Assembly (NCBI RefSeq): GCF_006345805.1
Contig: NW_021836314.1
Location: 3,594-67,593 of the forward strand
Direction of reading: 5' to 3'
DNA length: 64,000 bases
DNA from: Octopus sinensis
Taxonomy: Eukaryota
The position numbers and the translations under genes are program-made. Positions 26,870 through 38,789 of the stretch are shown here, in pieces. Below the pieces are notes generated by a model. That model worked only from the letters and a program-made list of their open reading frames with translations, did no database searches and was not told the origin of the DNA. Numbering within the stretch: the stretch's first letter is position 1; the number at the start of each line of letters is the position of its first letter.

Positions 26870-27691
26870 CTGAAGCAGGAAACAATATTGCTTAGATTGA
26901 CATAGTGTGAATTGCGATAACATATTCAATATTGTTCTTTATGAAAAGGGACAAAATTATAGGAAAATAATACAAGAGGAACAGGAAAGAGATTGAGGAG
27001 AAGAAGAAGACGAAGAAGGGGATGAGGGGAAGCGGAAAAGAAGAAGACTAGGAGGAAAAGGAGGGGGAGTAGAAGTAGAAGAAGGAAGAGTTGGAGGAGG
27101 AGGAGGGGAGAAGAAGAAGAAGGAGGAGGACTGAAGAGGACAAGGAGATGAAGGAGAGAAAGGAACATAGGAGGAGGATGGGCAGAGGAAAAGAAGACAA
27201 AGAAGAAGAGGAGGAGGGGAAGGGGAAAATAAGAAGACAAGGAGGAAGAGGAGTTGGGAGAAGAAGTAGAAGGAGGAGGAGGAGAAGGATGAGTAGGAGG
27301 AGTAGGCGGAGATGAGGAGAAGTAGGTTGAGGACGGGGGAGGACAATGAGATGCAGGAGGGGGAATAGGAGGAGGAGGAGGAATGGGAGGAGTAGAAGAA
27401 GAAGATGTAGAAGATTAAAAAGAGGAGGAAGAAAAAGAAGATATAGAAGAATGAAGGGGATGGAGAGGAGAAGAATAATAAGAAGAAGAAGCAGGAAAAA
27501 GAAGAGGAAGAAGAAGTAGATGAAGAAGAAGAAGAAGAAGAAAAAGAAGAAGGAGAAGGAAATGGAGGAAAAGAGATGGATGACGAAGAAGGGGAAGGAG
27601 AAGAAGGAGAAGAAGAAGAAGAACAACAACAACAACAAGAATAAGAAGAAGAAGTAGGAGGAAGAGGAGGAGAATAACAAAATGAAGAAGA

Positions 27692-27722
<31 letters not shown>

Positions 27723-28863
27723 AAGGAGGAGGAGGAAAAGTAGAAGAAGAAAAGAACAAAAAGAAGAAGAAGGAGAAGAAGAAGACGACGACGACGAAGA
27801 AGAAGTAGAAGAAGAAGAAGGAGAAGAAGAAGAAGAAGAAGTAAAAGAAGAAGAAGAAGAAGAAGAAGAAGAAGAAGAAGATACGTTGAAAATCATGGTG
27901 TTCAAGACGAAACTGAAAATGTTGTCATAATATCAGGAAATAATTCAAGGATAGAGCGGTAAATTTTGGGCGAGAAGACATGGCTGAAAAATCAGGGAAT
28001 ATACGGAATCAGAAATCAACATATTCAAACGCACTCATTCGCATTCTTATAGTCATAGTATCAACGACGGAATGCGCTATGCACACTTACATCACTCATA
28101 ATCCCACTCACACTTGTGGAAATATGGTGAGAGAGATTATTTATTTCATATCGCTTCATTGTCAGAAGAATATTAGAAAACACACGCTTACAAGAAATAT
28201 ATCAGCAGTTTAATTGTATCAGGCCAAATATTCCAGCTTACAAGTACAGAAAGTATTTCAGGTTTACAGATAGAATGTATGTGACTATATTATTCGAATA
28301 TATTTTCCGCTTCCACTTCAGTTACATAAATAACGTGAAGTGAATGACAAAATTCGAAGTTGAATGATAATATCGAAACACGAAGGAGAATATTGAAATA
28401 AGAAATGGAGGAGGATGTAAAATATAAAATAAAGGAATAATATAGTCACATTTCACACAGAACTACACTTATATATGAACATACACATATACTTCAGCTA
28501 AAAGTATTTGATGCAAACATGTAAACTCACAAACGTTACCATTTCTAATACAAATTCATATCAAAACCTTTGAAATTTGGGGAACAAAAATGAGTTATTG
28601 AGATGCAAATTGAAACAAAGCAACTACAATAAAGGAACATTGTATTTTTCCTATTATTTCACTTTCTCTCTCAAATTCTCTCTCTTTCTTTCACATTGTC
28701 TCGCTCTCTCATATTCTTTTTGTATCTTCCTAAATCGTATTCATTCTACAAATTCGAATTGATTTTGTTTGGTGCAGTCTGAAAGTTTATACATTTGTGA
28801 GCTTATATGTCAGCATCAATTATAACTTTCGGAAAATAGTATCAAGAAATTAAACGAACTTAC

Positions 28864-28935
28864 AATTCTTTTAAATTTGAAAGCCCCGTGAATGTACCTT
28901 CTTTGATGGTTGAAATGTTGTTCTCGTACAGATCT
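28864..28935 (-). CDS. LRR cassette exon 6 (type A), DLYENNISTIKEGTFTGLSNLKEL
   Basis: 72 nt, canonical splice sites, phase 2/2, open frame. Confidence 0.92.
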
Positions 28936-30237
28936 CTATAGCAGTAAAGAAAGAGTAAAATAGATTATATGGAAAATATTTGTGATTCGATATCAAACAC
29001 TGTGACTTCAGAATGAAAGGAAGAAAAAGAAGAAAGATAACGAAGAAGAAGAAGAAGAAGAAGAAGAAGAAGAAGAAGAAGAAGAAGATTAAAACAGGAA
29101 AAGAAGAAGAAGAAGAAAGGAAAAGAAGAAGAAAAAGAAAGAAAAAGGAGAAGAAGAAGCAGTAGTAGAAGAAAAAGAAAAGTAGAAGAAGGGGAATTAG
29201 GGACGAGGTGGAGGATGTGGGGGTGGAGCAGAGGTGGGGAGGTTAGGAGGAGGACAAAGGAAGGGATGCCTGTTCAGGGGGCCGCTGAGGGTAGCAGCTG
29301 AAGGAGCAGGAAGAGCTGGAGACTGAGAATAAGAGGGAGAATTGGCAGAGAATGGAAAAGAGGGAGACCAGTGACGGAGCATAAAGTACAGAGAAGAAAA
29401 AGAAGAAGAAGAAGACAAAGAAGAAGAAGAAGAACAAAATTAGAAGAGGAAGAAGGAGGAGGAGAAGAAGTAGAAGAAGAAGCAGAAGAAGAAGAAAACA
29501 AAGAAAATTAAGAAGAAGAAGAAAAAAGAAGGCAAAGAAGAAGTAGAACACGAAGAAAAGTAACAAGAAGAAGAATAAGTAGAAGAAGAAGAAGAGGAAG
29601 AAGAAGAAGACAAAGAAAAGAAGAAGAAGAAGAAGAGGAAGAAGAAGAAGACGACGAAGAAAAGGAACATGAAGGAGATGGAGAAGGAAAGAAGAAGACG
29701 AAGAAGATGAAGAAGAAGAAAAATAGAAGAAGAGGAAAAAGAAATTGAAGAAAAAGGAGGATGAGTAGGACGAAGAGGGCATGTTGAGGAGGAGAATTGC
29801 AATAAGAAGAAGAAAATGAGGAGAAGGAGGTGGAGGAGGAGGGGGAATAGGAGAATTACAAGAAGAAGAACAAAACAACAACAACAACAACAAAAATATT
29901 ATCTCGGTGGAAGTGTGGATAAATAACCACACGGCACCACAGAATCAAGAGAACAATGTGTAAGAAAATAGTAGCTAAAACTTATATTAATAGTGCAGAT
30001 ACAGACATACATATGAACATACACATATATATTTTCAGGAATAACATTTTTATGCAGACAATTATCAACTGACAGTCATTGACATGTTCAGACTCAATCA
30101 AATAAATATAAGACGAATATGAGAACTGAATATGATTTACAGTAATAGAGAGTGAGAAAACATGGAAATAAGGGGATATTAAATTTAAAGACATAGTATA
30201 TTCCTCATGTATAAACGACAACATTGAAAGAACTTAC

Positions 30238-30309
30238 AATTCCTCTAAGCTGTGAAGGCCTTGAAACATCTCCTTTTCAATCCTTGAAATTTTATTGTAG
30301 GAAAGATCT
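30238..30309 (-). CDS. LRR cassette exon 5 (type B), DLSYNKISRIEKEMFQGLHSLEEL
   Basis: 72 nt, canonical splice sites, phase 2/2, open frame. Confidence 0.92.
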
Positions 30310-31962
30310 CTGAAGCAGGAAACAATATTGGTTAGATTAACATAGTGTGAATTGCGATAACATATTCAATATTGTTCTTTATGAAGAGGGACAAAATTAT
30401 AGGAAAATAATACAAGAAGAAGGGGAACAGGAAAGAGATTAAGGAGAAGATGAAGAAGAAGAAAGAGAGGAGGGGAAGGGGAAAAGAAGAAGTCAAGGAG
30501 GAAGAGTAGGGGGGAGAAGAAGTAGAAGAAGGAGGAGTTGGAGGAGGAGGAGGAGGAGGGGAGGTGAAGTAGGATGAGGACAGGGAAGGACAAGGAGATG
30601 CAGGAGGGGGAGGAAAATAGGAGGAGGTGCAGAGGGTAGAGTATAAGAAGATATAGAAGATTAAAAGTGGAGGAAGAAAAAGAAGTAGAAGGAAGAGGAG
30701 GGTGAAAAGAAGAAAAAGAAGAAGAAGAAAAAGAAGAAGTAAAACGAGAAGAAGAAGCGGAAAATGAAGAAGAAGTAGAAGCAGGAAAAAAGGAGAAGAA
30801 GGAAGAAGAGAAAAATAGGTGGAGGCGGAGGTGGAAGAGGAAGGGGAAGAAGAAGAAGACAGATGAGAAGGAGGAGGAGGAGGAGGAGGAGGAAGGGGAA
30901 GTAGAAGAAAAAGAAGGAGGAGAAGGAGGAGGAGGAAGAGTAGTAGAAGAAGAAGAATAAGATGAAGAAGAAGAAGATGACACTTTGAATATCATGGTAT
31001 TCAAGATGAATCTGGAAATGTTCTCAAGATATCAGGAAATAATTCAAGGATAGATCGAGAAATTTTGGGCGAGAAGACATGGCTGAAAACTCAGGGAATA
31101 TACGAAATCAGAAATCAACATATTCAAATGCACTCATACGCATTTTTATTTTCATAGTATCAACAACGGAATGCGGTATGCACACTCACATCACACATAA
31201 TCCCACTCACACTTGTGGAAATATGGTGAGAGAGATTATTTATTTCATATCGCTTCATTGTCACAAGAATATTAGAAAACACACGCTTACAAGAAATATA
31301 TCAGCAGTTTAATTGTATCAGGCCAAATATTCCAGCTTACAAGTACAGAAAGTATTTCAGGTTTACAGATAGAATGTATGTGACTATATTATTCGAATAT
31401 ATATTTTCCGCTTCCACTTCAGTTACATAAATAACGTGAAGTGAATGACAAAATTCGAAGTTGAATGATAATATCGAAACACGAAGGAGAATATTGAAAT
31501 AAGAAATGGAGGAGGATGTAAAATATAAAATAAAGGAATAATATAGTCACATTTCACACAGAACTACACTTATATATGAACATACACATATACTTCAGCT
31601 AAATGTATTTGATGCAAACATGTAAACTCACAAACGTTACCATTTCTAATACAAATTCATATCAAAATCATTGGAATTTGGGGGAAAAATGAGTTATTGA
31701 GATGCGAATTGAAACAAAGCAACTACAATAAAGGAACATTATATTTTTCCTATTATTTCACTTTCTCCCCCAAATTCTCTCTCTTTCTTTCACATTGTCT
31801 CGCTTTCTCCTATTCTCTTTGTATCTTCTTAAATCTTGTTCATTCTACAAATTTGAATTGATTTTGTTTAGTTCAGTCTGAAATTTTATACATTTGTGAG
31901 CTTATATATCAGCATCAATTAATACTTTCGGATAATAGTATCAAGAAATTAAACGAACTTAC

Positions 31963-32034
31963 ACTGTTTTTAAATTGGAAAGCCCCGTGAATACACCTTC
32001 TTTGATGGTTGAAATGTTGTTCCCGAAAAGATAT
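31963..32034 (-). CDS. LRR cassette exon 4 (type A), YLFGNNISTIKEGVFTGLSNLKTV
   Basis: 72 nt, canonical splice sites, phase 2/2, open frame. Confidence 0.92.
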
Positions 32035-34017
32035 CTATAGCAGTAAAGAAAGAGTAAAATAGATTATATGGAAAATATTTGTGATACGACATCAAACACT
32101 GTGACATCTGAATGAAAGGAAGAAAAAGAAGAAAGATAACGAAGAAGAAAAGGAAGAAGAAGGAGGAGGAGGAGGCGAAGAGGAAGAAAAGTAGAAGAAG
32201 AAGAATTAGTAGAAGAAGAAAGGAGAAGAGGTAGTAGAAGAAAAAGAAGCGAAAGAAGGAATACCTGGAAAAAGGAGGAGGAGGATGATAAAAGGGAAGA
32301 AGAAGTAGAAGAAAAAGTAAAAGAAGAAGAAGAAGGGGATGGGAGGAAAAGAATAACAAGAAGAAGAAGATAAATATAAGAAAGACGAGGAGGAGGAGGA
32401 GGAGAAGTAGGTGAAGAAGTAGAAATAAGAAGAAGAAGAAGGAGAAGAAGAACAACAACAAGTCGAAATAGAAGGAGGATGAGGAGGGGGAGGGGAAGAA
32501 GAAATATTGCAAGAAGAAGGAAGGAAAGAACAGGAAGAAGAAGATGTAGAAGTAGTAGAAGCAAGAAAAAGAAGAAAGATAACGAAGAAGAAAAGGAAGA
32601 AGAAGGAGGAGGAGGAGGAGGCGAAGAGGAAGAAAAGTAGAAGAAGAAGAATTAGTAGAAGAAGAAAGGAGAAGAGGTAGTAGAAGAAAAAGAAGCGAAA
32701 GAAGGAATACCTGGAAAAAGGAGGAGGAGGATGATAAAAGGGAAGAAGAAGTAGAAGAAAAAGTAAAAGAAGAAGAAGAAGGGGATGGGAGGAAAAGAAT
32801 AACAAGAAGAAGAAGATAAATATAAGAAAGACGAGGAGGAGGAGGAGGAGAAGTAGATGAAGAAGTAGAAATAAGAAGAAGAAGAAGGAGAAGAAGAACA
32901 ACAACAAGTCGAAATAGAAGGAGGATGAGGAGGGGGAGGGGAAGAAGAAATATTGCAAGAAGAAGGAAGGAAAGAACAGGAAGAAGAAGATGTAGAAGTA
33001 GTAGAAGCAAGAAAAAGAAGAAGAAGATGAAGGAGGTGGAGGAGAAGGAGATAGAGAATAACAAAAACAGAAGTGAAGAAGAAGAAGGAGGAGGAGGAGG
33101 AGTAGAAGAAGAAGTAGAAAGAAGAAGAGGAAGAAAAAAAGAAAAAGACAAAGAAGAAGAAGAAGGAAGGGGAGGAAAAAGGAGGAGGAGGAGTGTGAAG
33201 GAGGAGAATAAGTAGGAGAACATGAAAAAGAAGAAGAAGATGAAGGAGGAGGAGGTTGAGAATAACAAAAAGAAGAATATAAGAAGAAGAAAGAGGAGTA
33301 GGAGGAGAAGTAGATGAAGAAGTAGAAAGTAGTGGTAGAAGAAGACATAGAAGAAGAAGAAAAAAGAAGTAGAAGAATGAGAAGAAGAAATGAAAAAGAA
33401 GAAGGAAGGAACAGAAGAAGAAGAATTAGAAGAAGAAGCAGAAGAAGAAGAAAAAGTTGCAGGAGAGGAGGGGAGGAGGAGAATAACAAGAAGAAAAAGG
33501 AGGAGGCGCGGAGAGGATTGGGTAGAAAAAAAGTAGAGGAAAAAAGAAGTAGAAGAAGGAAGAGGAAAAAGGAGGAGGAAGGAGATGAAAGGGAAAAAGT
33601 AGGGGTAGAAGAAAAAGAAGAAGAAGAAGAACAAGGAGGAGGAGGAGGAGGAGGAGTAGATGAAGAAGTTGAAAGTAGAAGAGGAAGAAGTGGAAGAAGA
33701 AGAAAAAAGGAGAAGCGAGAGAAGAAGAAGAAGAAAAAGAAGAAGAAGAAGGAGGAGAAGAAGGTGCAGCAGGAGGAGAGGAACAGAAGGAAGAAGAAGA
33801 AAAAGAAGAAGAAGAAGAAGAAGAAGAAGAAGAACAAAGGAGAAGAAGGAGCAGCAGGAGGAGAGGAAGAGAAGGAAGAAGAAGAAAAAGAAGAAGAAGA
33901 AGAAGGAAAATAAGAAGAAGAAGAAGGAAAAGAAGAAGAAGAAGGCAGAATACGAAATGACAAAAAGATGAAGAAGAAGGCGGAAAAGGAGAAATAGAAT
34001 AAGAAAAAGAACAAAAA

Positions 34018-34049
<32 letters not shown>

Positions 34050-35254
34050 AAAATATAAAGCGGGAGAAGAAGAAGAAGAAGAAGAACAACAACAACAACA
34101 AAAAGAAGAAAAAGAGGAAGAAGAAGAAGAAGAAGTGGAAAAAGAAAAAGATAAAGAGGGAGAAGAAGAAGAACAACAGAAGAAGAAAAAGATAAAGAGG
34201 GAGAAGAAGAAGAAGAAGAAGGAGAAGAAAAAGAAGAAGAAAAAGAAGAAGAAGAAGAAGAAGAAGAAGATGACAATTTAAAAATGATGGTGTTCATGAT
34301 GAAACTGAAAATGTTCTCATAATATCAGGAAATAATTCAAGGATAGAGCGATAAATTTTGGGCGAGAAGACATGGCTGAAAAATCAGGGAATATACGGAA
34401 TCAGAAATCAACATATTCAAATGCACTCATACGCAATCTTATATTCATAGTATCAACGACGGAATGCGGTATGCACACTTACATCACACATATTCCCACT
34501 CACCTTTGTGGAAACATGGTGAGAGAGATTATTTATTTCATATCGCTTCATTGTCACAAGAATATTAGAAAACACACGCTTACAAGAAATATATCAGCAG
34601 TTTAATTTATCAGGCCAAATATTCCAGCTTACAAGTACAGTAAGTATTTCAGGTTTACAGATAGAATGTATGTGACTATATTATTCGAATATATATTTTC
34701 CGCTTCCACTTCAGTTACATAAATAACGTGAAGTGAATGACAAAATTCGAAGTTGAATGATAATATCGAAACACGAAGGAGAATATTGAAATAAGAAATG
34801 GAGGAGGATGTAAAATATAAAATAAAGGAATAATATAGTCACATTTCACACAGAACTACACTTATATATGAACATACACATATACTTCAGGTAAAAATAT
34901 TTGATGCAAACATGTAAACTCACAAACGTTACCATTTCTAATACAAATTCATATCAAAATCATTGAAATTTGGGAACAAAAATGAGTTATTGAGATGCGA
35001 ATTGAAACAAAGCAACTACAATAAAGGAACATTATATTTTTCCTATTATTTCACTTTCTCTCTTAAATTCTCTCTCTTTTTTCACATTGTCTCGCTCTCT
35101 CCTATTCTCTTTGTATCTTCCTAAATCGTATTCATTTTACAAATTTGAATTGATTTTGTTCGGTGTAGTCTGAAATATTATACATTTGTGAGCTTATATA
35201 TCAGCATCAATTATTACGTTCGGAAAATAATATCAAGAAACTGAACGAACTTAC

Positions 35255-35326
35255 AATTCTTTTAAATGTGAAAGCCCCGTGAATGCTCCTTCTTTGATGG
35301 TTGCAATGTTGTTGTTCCACAGTTCT
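35255..35326 (-). CDS. LRR cassette exon 3 (type A), ELWNNNIATIKEGAFTGLSHLKEL
   Basis: 72 nt, ctttctttactgctatag acceptor, gtaagt donor, phase 2/2, open frame. Confidence 0.92.
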
Positions 35327-36165
35327 CTATAGCAGTAAAGAAAGAGTAAATTAGATTATATGGAAAAAATATGTGATACGACATCAAACACAGTGACATC
35401 TGAATGAAAGGAAGAAAAAGAAGAAAGATAACGAAGAAGAAGAAGAAGAAGAAGAAGAAGGGAAGAAGAAGAAGAAGAAGGAGAAGAAGAAGAAGAAGAA
35501 GAAGAAGAAGAAGAAGAGGAAGTAAAAGAAGACGAAGACAAAGAAAAGGAAGAAGAAGAAGAAGAAGAGGAAATAGAAGAAGACGACAAAGAAGACGGAA
35601 CATGAAGGAGATGAAGAAGGAAAGAAGAAGAGGAAGTATAAAAAGAAGAAAAAGAAGAAGAGAAAGAAGAAATTGAAGAAAAAGGAGGATGAGTAGGACG
35701 AAGAGGGGAGGTTGAGGAGGAGAATTGCAATAAGAAGAAGAAAATTAGGAGAAGGAGGTGGACGAGGAGGGGGAATAGGAGAATTACAAGAAGAAGAACA
35801 AAAACAACAACAACAACAACAAAAATATTATCTCGGTGGAAGTGTGGATAAATAACCACACGGAACCTCAGAATCAACAGAACAATGTGTAAGAAAATAG
35901 TAGCTAAAACTTATATTAATAGTGCAGATACAGACATACATATGAACATACACATATATATTTTCAGGAATAACATTTTTATGCAGACAATTATCAACTG
36001 ACAGTCATTGACATTTCAGACTCAATCAAATAAATATAAGACGAATATGAGAACTGAATATGATTTACAGTAATAGAGAGTGAGAAAACATGGAAATAAG
36101 GGGATATTAAATTTAAAGACATAGTATATTCCTCATGTATAAACGACAACATTGAAAGAACTTAC

Positions 36166-36237
36166 AATTTCTCTAAGCTGTGAAGGCCTTGAAACATCTC
36201 TTTTTCAATCCTTGAAATTTTATTGTAGCCAAGATCT
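36166..36237 (-). CDS. LRR cassette exon 2 (type B), DLGYNKISRIEKEMFQGLHSLEKL
   Basis: 72 nt, ttcctgcttcag acceptor, gtaagt donor, phase 2/2, typical 24-aa extracellular LRR consensus. Confidence 0.92.
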
Positions 36238-37964
36238 CTGAAGCAGGAAACAATATTGGTTAGATTAACATAGTGTGAATTGCGATAACATATTCAATAT
36301 TGTTCTTTATGGAAGGAGACAAAATTATAGGAAAATATACAGAAGAAGAGGAACGAAAGAGATTAAGGAGAAGAAGAAGAAGAAGAAGAAGAAGAAGAAG
36401 AAGAAGAAGAAAGAGAGGAGGGGAGGGAAAAGAAGAAGTCAAGGAGGAAGAGAAGGGGGGAGAAGAAGTAGAAGAAGGAGGAGTTGGAGGAGGAGGGGAG
36501 GTGAAGAAGGATGAGGACAGGGAAGGAAAGGAGATGCAGGAGGGGGAGGAAGGGAGGAAAATAGGAGGAGGTGCAGAGGATAGAGTATAAGAAGATATAG
36601 AAGATTAAAAAGTGGAGGAAGAATAAGATGAAGTAGAAGGGAGAAGAAAGGGGAGGAGGAGAAGAAGAGAAGAGGAAGAAGAGAGGAGAAGAAGAAGAAG
36701 GAGAGAAGAGAAAGAAGAAGTAAAAGGAGAAGAAGAGCGGAAGAAAATGAAGAAGAAGAAGAAGCATGAAAAAAGAAGGAGAAAAAGAAAAAGAAGGAGA
36801 AGAAGGAAGAAGAGGAAAATAGGTGGAGGCGGAGGAGTAGGAGGAAGCGGAAGGAGAAGAAGAGGACAAAGGAGAAGGAGGAGGAAGAGAAGTAGGAGAA
36901 GAAGAAGAAGAAGAAGAAGAAGAAGAAGAAGAAGAAGAAGAAGAAGAAGAAGAAAAGAAGAAGAAGAAGATGACACTTTGAATATCATGGTGTTGAAGAC
37001 GAAACTGAAATTGTTCTTAAAATATCAGGAAATAATTCAAGGATAGATCGATAAATTTTGGGCGAGAAGACATGGCTGAAAAATCAGGGAATATACGGAA
37101 TCAGAAATCAACATATTCAAATGCACTCATACGCATTCTGATATTCATAGTATCAACGACGGAATGCGGTATGAACACTCACATCACACATATTCCCAAT
37201 CACACTTGTGGAAATATGGTGAGAGAGATTATTTATTTCATATCGCTTCATTGTCACAAAAATATTAGAAAACACACGCTTACAAGAAATATATCAGCAG
37301 TTTAATTGTATCAGGCCAAATATTCCAGCTTACATGTACAGTAAGTATTTCAGGTTTACAGATAGAATGTATGTGACTATATTATTCGAATATATATTTC
37401 CCGCTTCCAATTCAGTTGCTCTATTACATAAATAACATGAAGTGAATGATAAAATTCGAAGTTGAATGATAATATCGAAACACGAAGGAGAATATTGAAA
37501 TAAGAAATGGAGGAGGATGCAAAATATAAATAAAGGAATAATATAGTCACATTTCACACAGAACTACACTTATATATGAACATACACATATACTTCAGCT
37601 AAAAATATTTGATGCAAACATGTAAACTCACAAACGTTACCATTTCTAATACAAATTCATATCAAAATCATTGAAATTTGGGGAACAAAACTGAGTTATT
37701 GAGATGCGAATTGAAACAAAGCAACTACAATAAAGGAACATTATATTTTTCCTATTATTTCACTTTCTCCCCCAAATTCTCTCTCTTTCTTTCACATTGT
37801 CTCGCTCTCTCCTATTCTCTTTGTATCTTCCTAAATCTTGTTCATTCTACAAATTTGAATTGATTTTGTTTGGTTCAGTCTGAAATTTTATACATTTGTG
37901 AGCTTATATATCAGCATCAATTAATACTTTTGGATAATAGTATCAAGAAATTAAACGAACTTAC

Positions 37965-38036
37965 ACTTTTTTTTAAATTGGAAAGCCCCGTGAATACACC
38001 TTCTTTGATGGTTGAATGTTGTTCTCGGAAAGATAT
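37965..38036 (-). CDS. LRR cassette exon 1 (type A), YLSENNISTIKEGVFTGLSNLKKV after correction; frameshifted as assembled
   Basis: 72 nt, tag|...|gtaagt. Relative to sister cassettes, one A is missing in gttgaaatg and one extra T is present in a T run, giving an in-frame stop as assembled. Confidence 0.8.
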
Positions 38037-38789
38037 CTATAGCAGTAAAGAAAGAGTAAAATAGATTATATGGAAAATATTTGTGATACGACATCAAACA
38101 CTGTGACTTAAGAATGAAGGAAGAAAGAAAAAGAGAAAGAAGATAACGAAGAAGAAGAAGAAGAAGAAGAGACATGGAAAATGAGGTGTTCAAGATGAAA
38201 ACCGAAAAAGGATTGAAGAGAGAAGAAGAAGTAGAAGAAGAAGAAGGAGAAGAAGAAGAAGAAGAAGAAGGAGAAGAAGAAGAGAAGAAGAAGAAGAGAA
38301 GAGAAAAGAAACAGAAGAAGAAAAAAAATAAAAAGGCGTAAAGATGAAGATTACAAGAAAAGAAGAAAAAAGAAGAATACGAAGAAGAAAAAGAAGAAGA
38401 AGAAGAGAGACGAAGAATAATAATAAGAAGAATAAGAAGACCAAGAGGAGAAGAAGAAGAAGAAGAAGAAGAATAGAAGAAGAAGAAAAGAGGAGGAGGA
38501 GAGAAGAAGAAGAAGAAGAAGAAGGAAGAAGAAGAAGAAGAAGAAGACGGAGAAGAAGAGAGAGAAGAAGAAGAGAAGACGAAGAAGAAGAAGAAGAACA
38601 AGAGGAAGAAGACAGAAGATGCAGGAGGAGAAGAATATCTTAATGTGGCAGCAGTTTCATGTTTATTTCTTACTTGACTTGCACAACCTCGAGTATCCGC
38701 TTCGCCTCTCTATGTACCAACACACACATCCACACACATACACGCACATATACGCACATACACACATATATGCTCAGAAATATACACAC

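Larger units (their letters stand above)
17100..38110. repeat. Tandem array of 12 exon-bearing modules: six type-B (~0.55 kb) and six type-A (~1.15 kb), separated by GAA-rich tracts
   Basis: Type-B unique blocks start near 17100, 21395, 22500, 26430, 29870 and 35800; type-A blocks near 19455, 24590, 27885, 30980, 34275 and 36975. The repeated junk ORFs MLSFIHEEYT... and MAEKS... in the ORF track mark these copies. Confidence 0.95.
15988..38635 (+). repeat. About 14 long imperfect (GAA/GGA)n polypurine tracts, 0.4-2.2 kb each
   Basis: Directly visible. Approximate spans: 15990-16420, 16675-17095, 17630-19450, 20590-21390, 21930-22500, 23040-24590, 25710-26430, 26975-27880, 29010-29870, 30410-30980, 32110-34270, 35405-35800, 36340-36970, 38115-38635. 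Confidence 0.97.

Noticed and set aside
17125-37863. Repeated short ORFs MLSFIHEEYT..., MAEKS(W/G)NIRNQ..., MGNK..
   Set aside because: Chance frames in duplicated intron blocks. Lengths vary through indels, with no domain similarity or splice support.
17100-38110. CRISPR-like repeat/spacer interpretation of the array
   Set aside because: Eukaryotic context, kb-scale units, no cas genes, and the variable parts are codons within spliceosomal exons.
15824-38643. Long ORFs (up to 775 aa) of poly-F/S/L or poly-E/K/R
   Set aside because: Translations of GAA/TTC microsatellite tracts that lack stops by composition; they lie in introns of the LRR gene.
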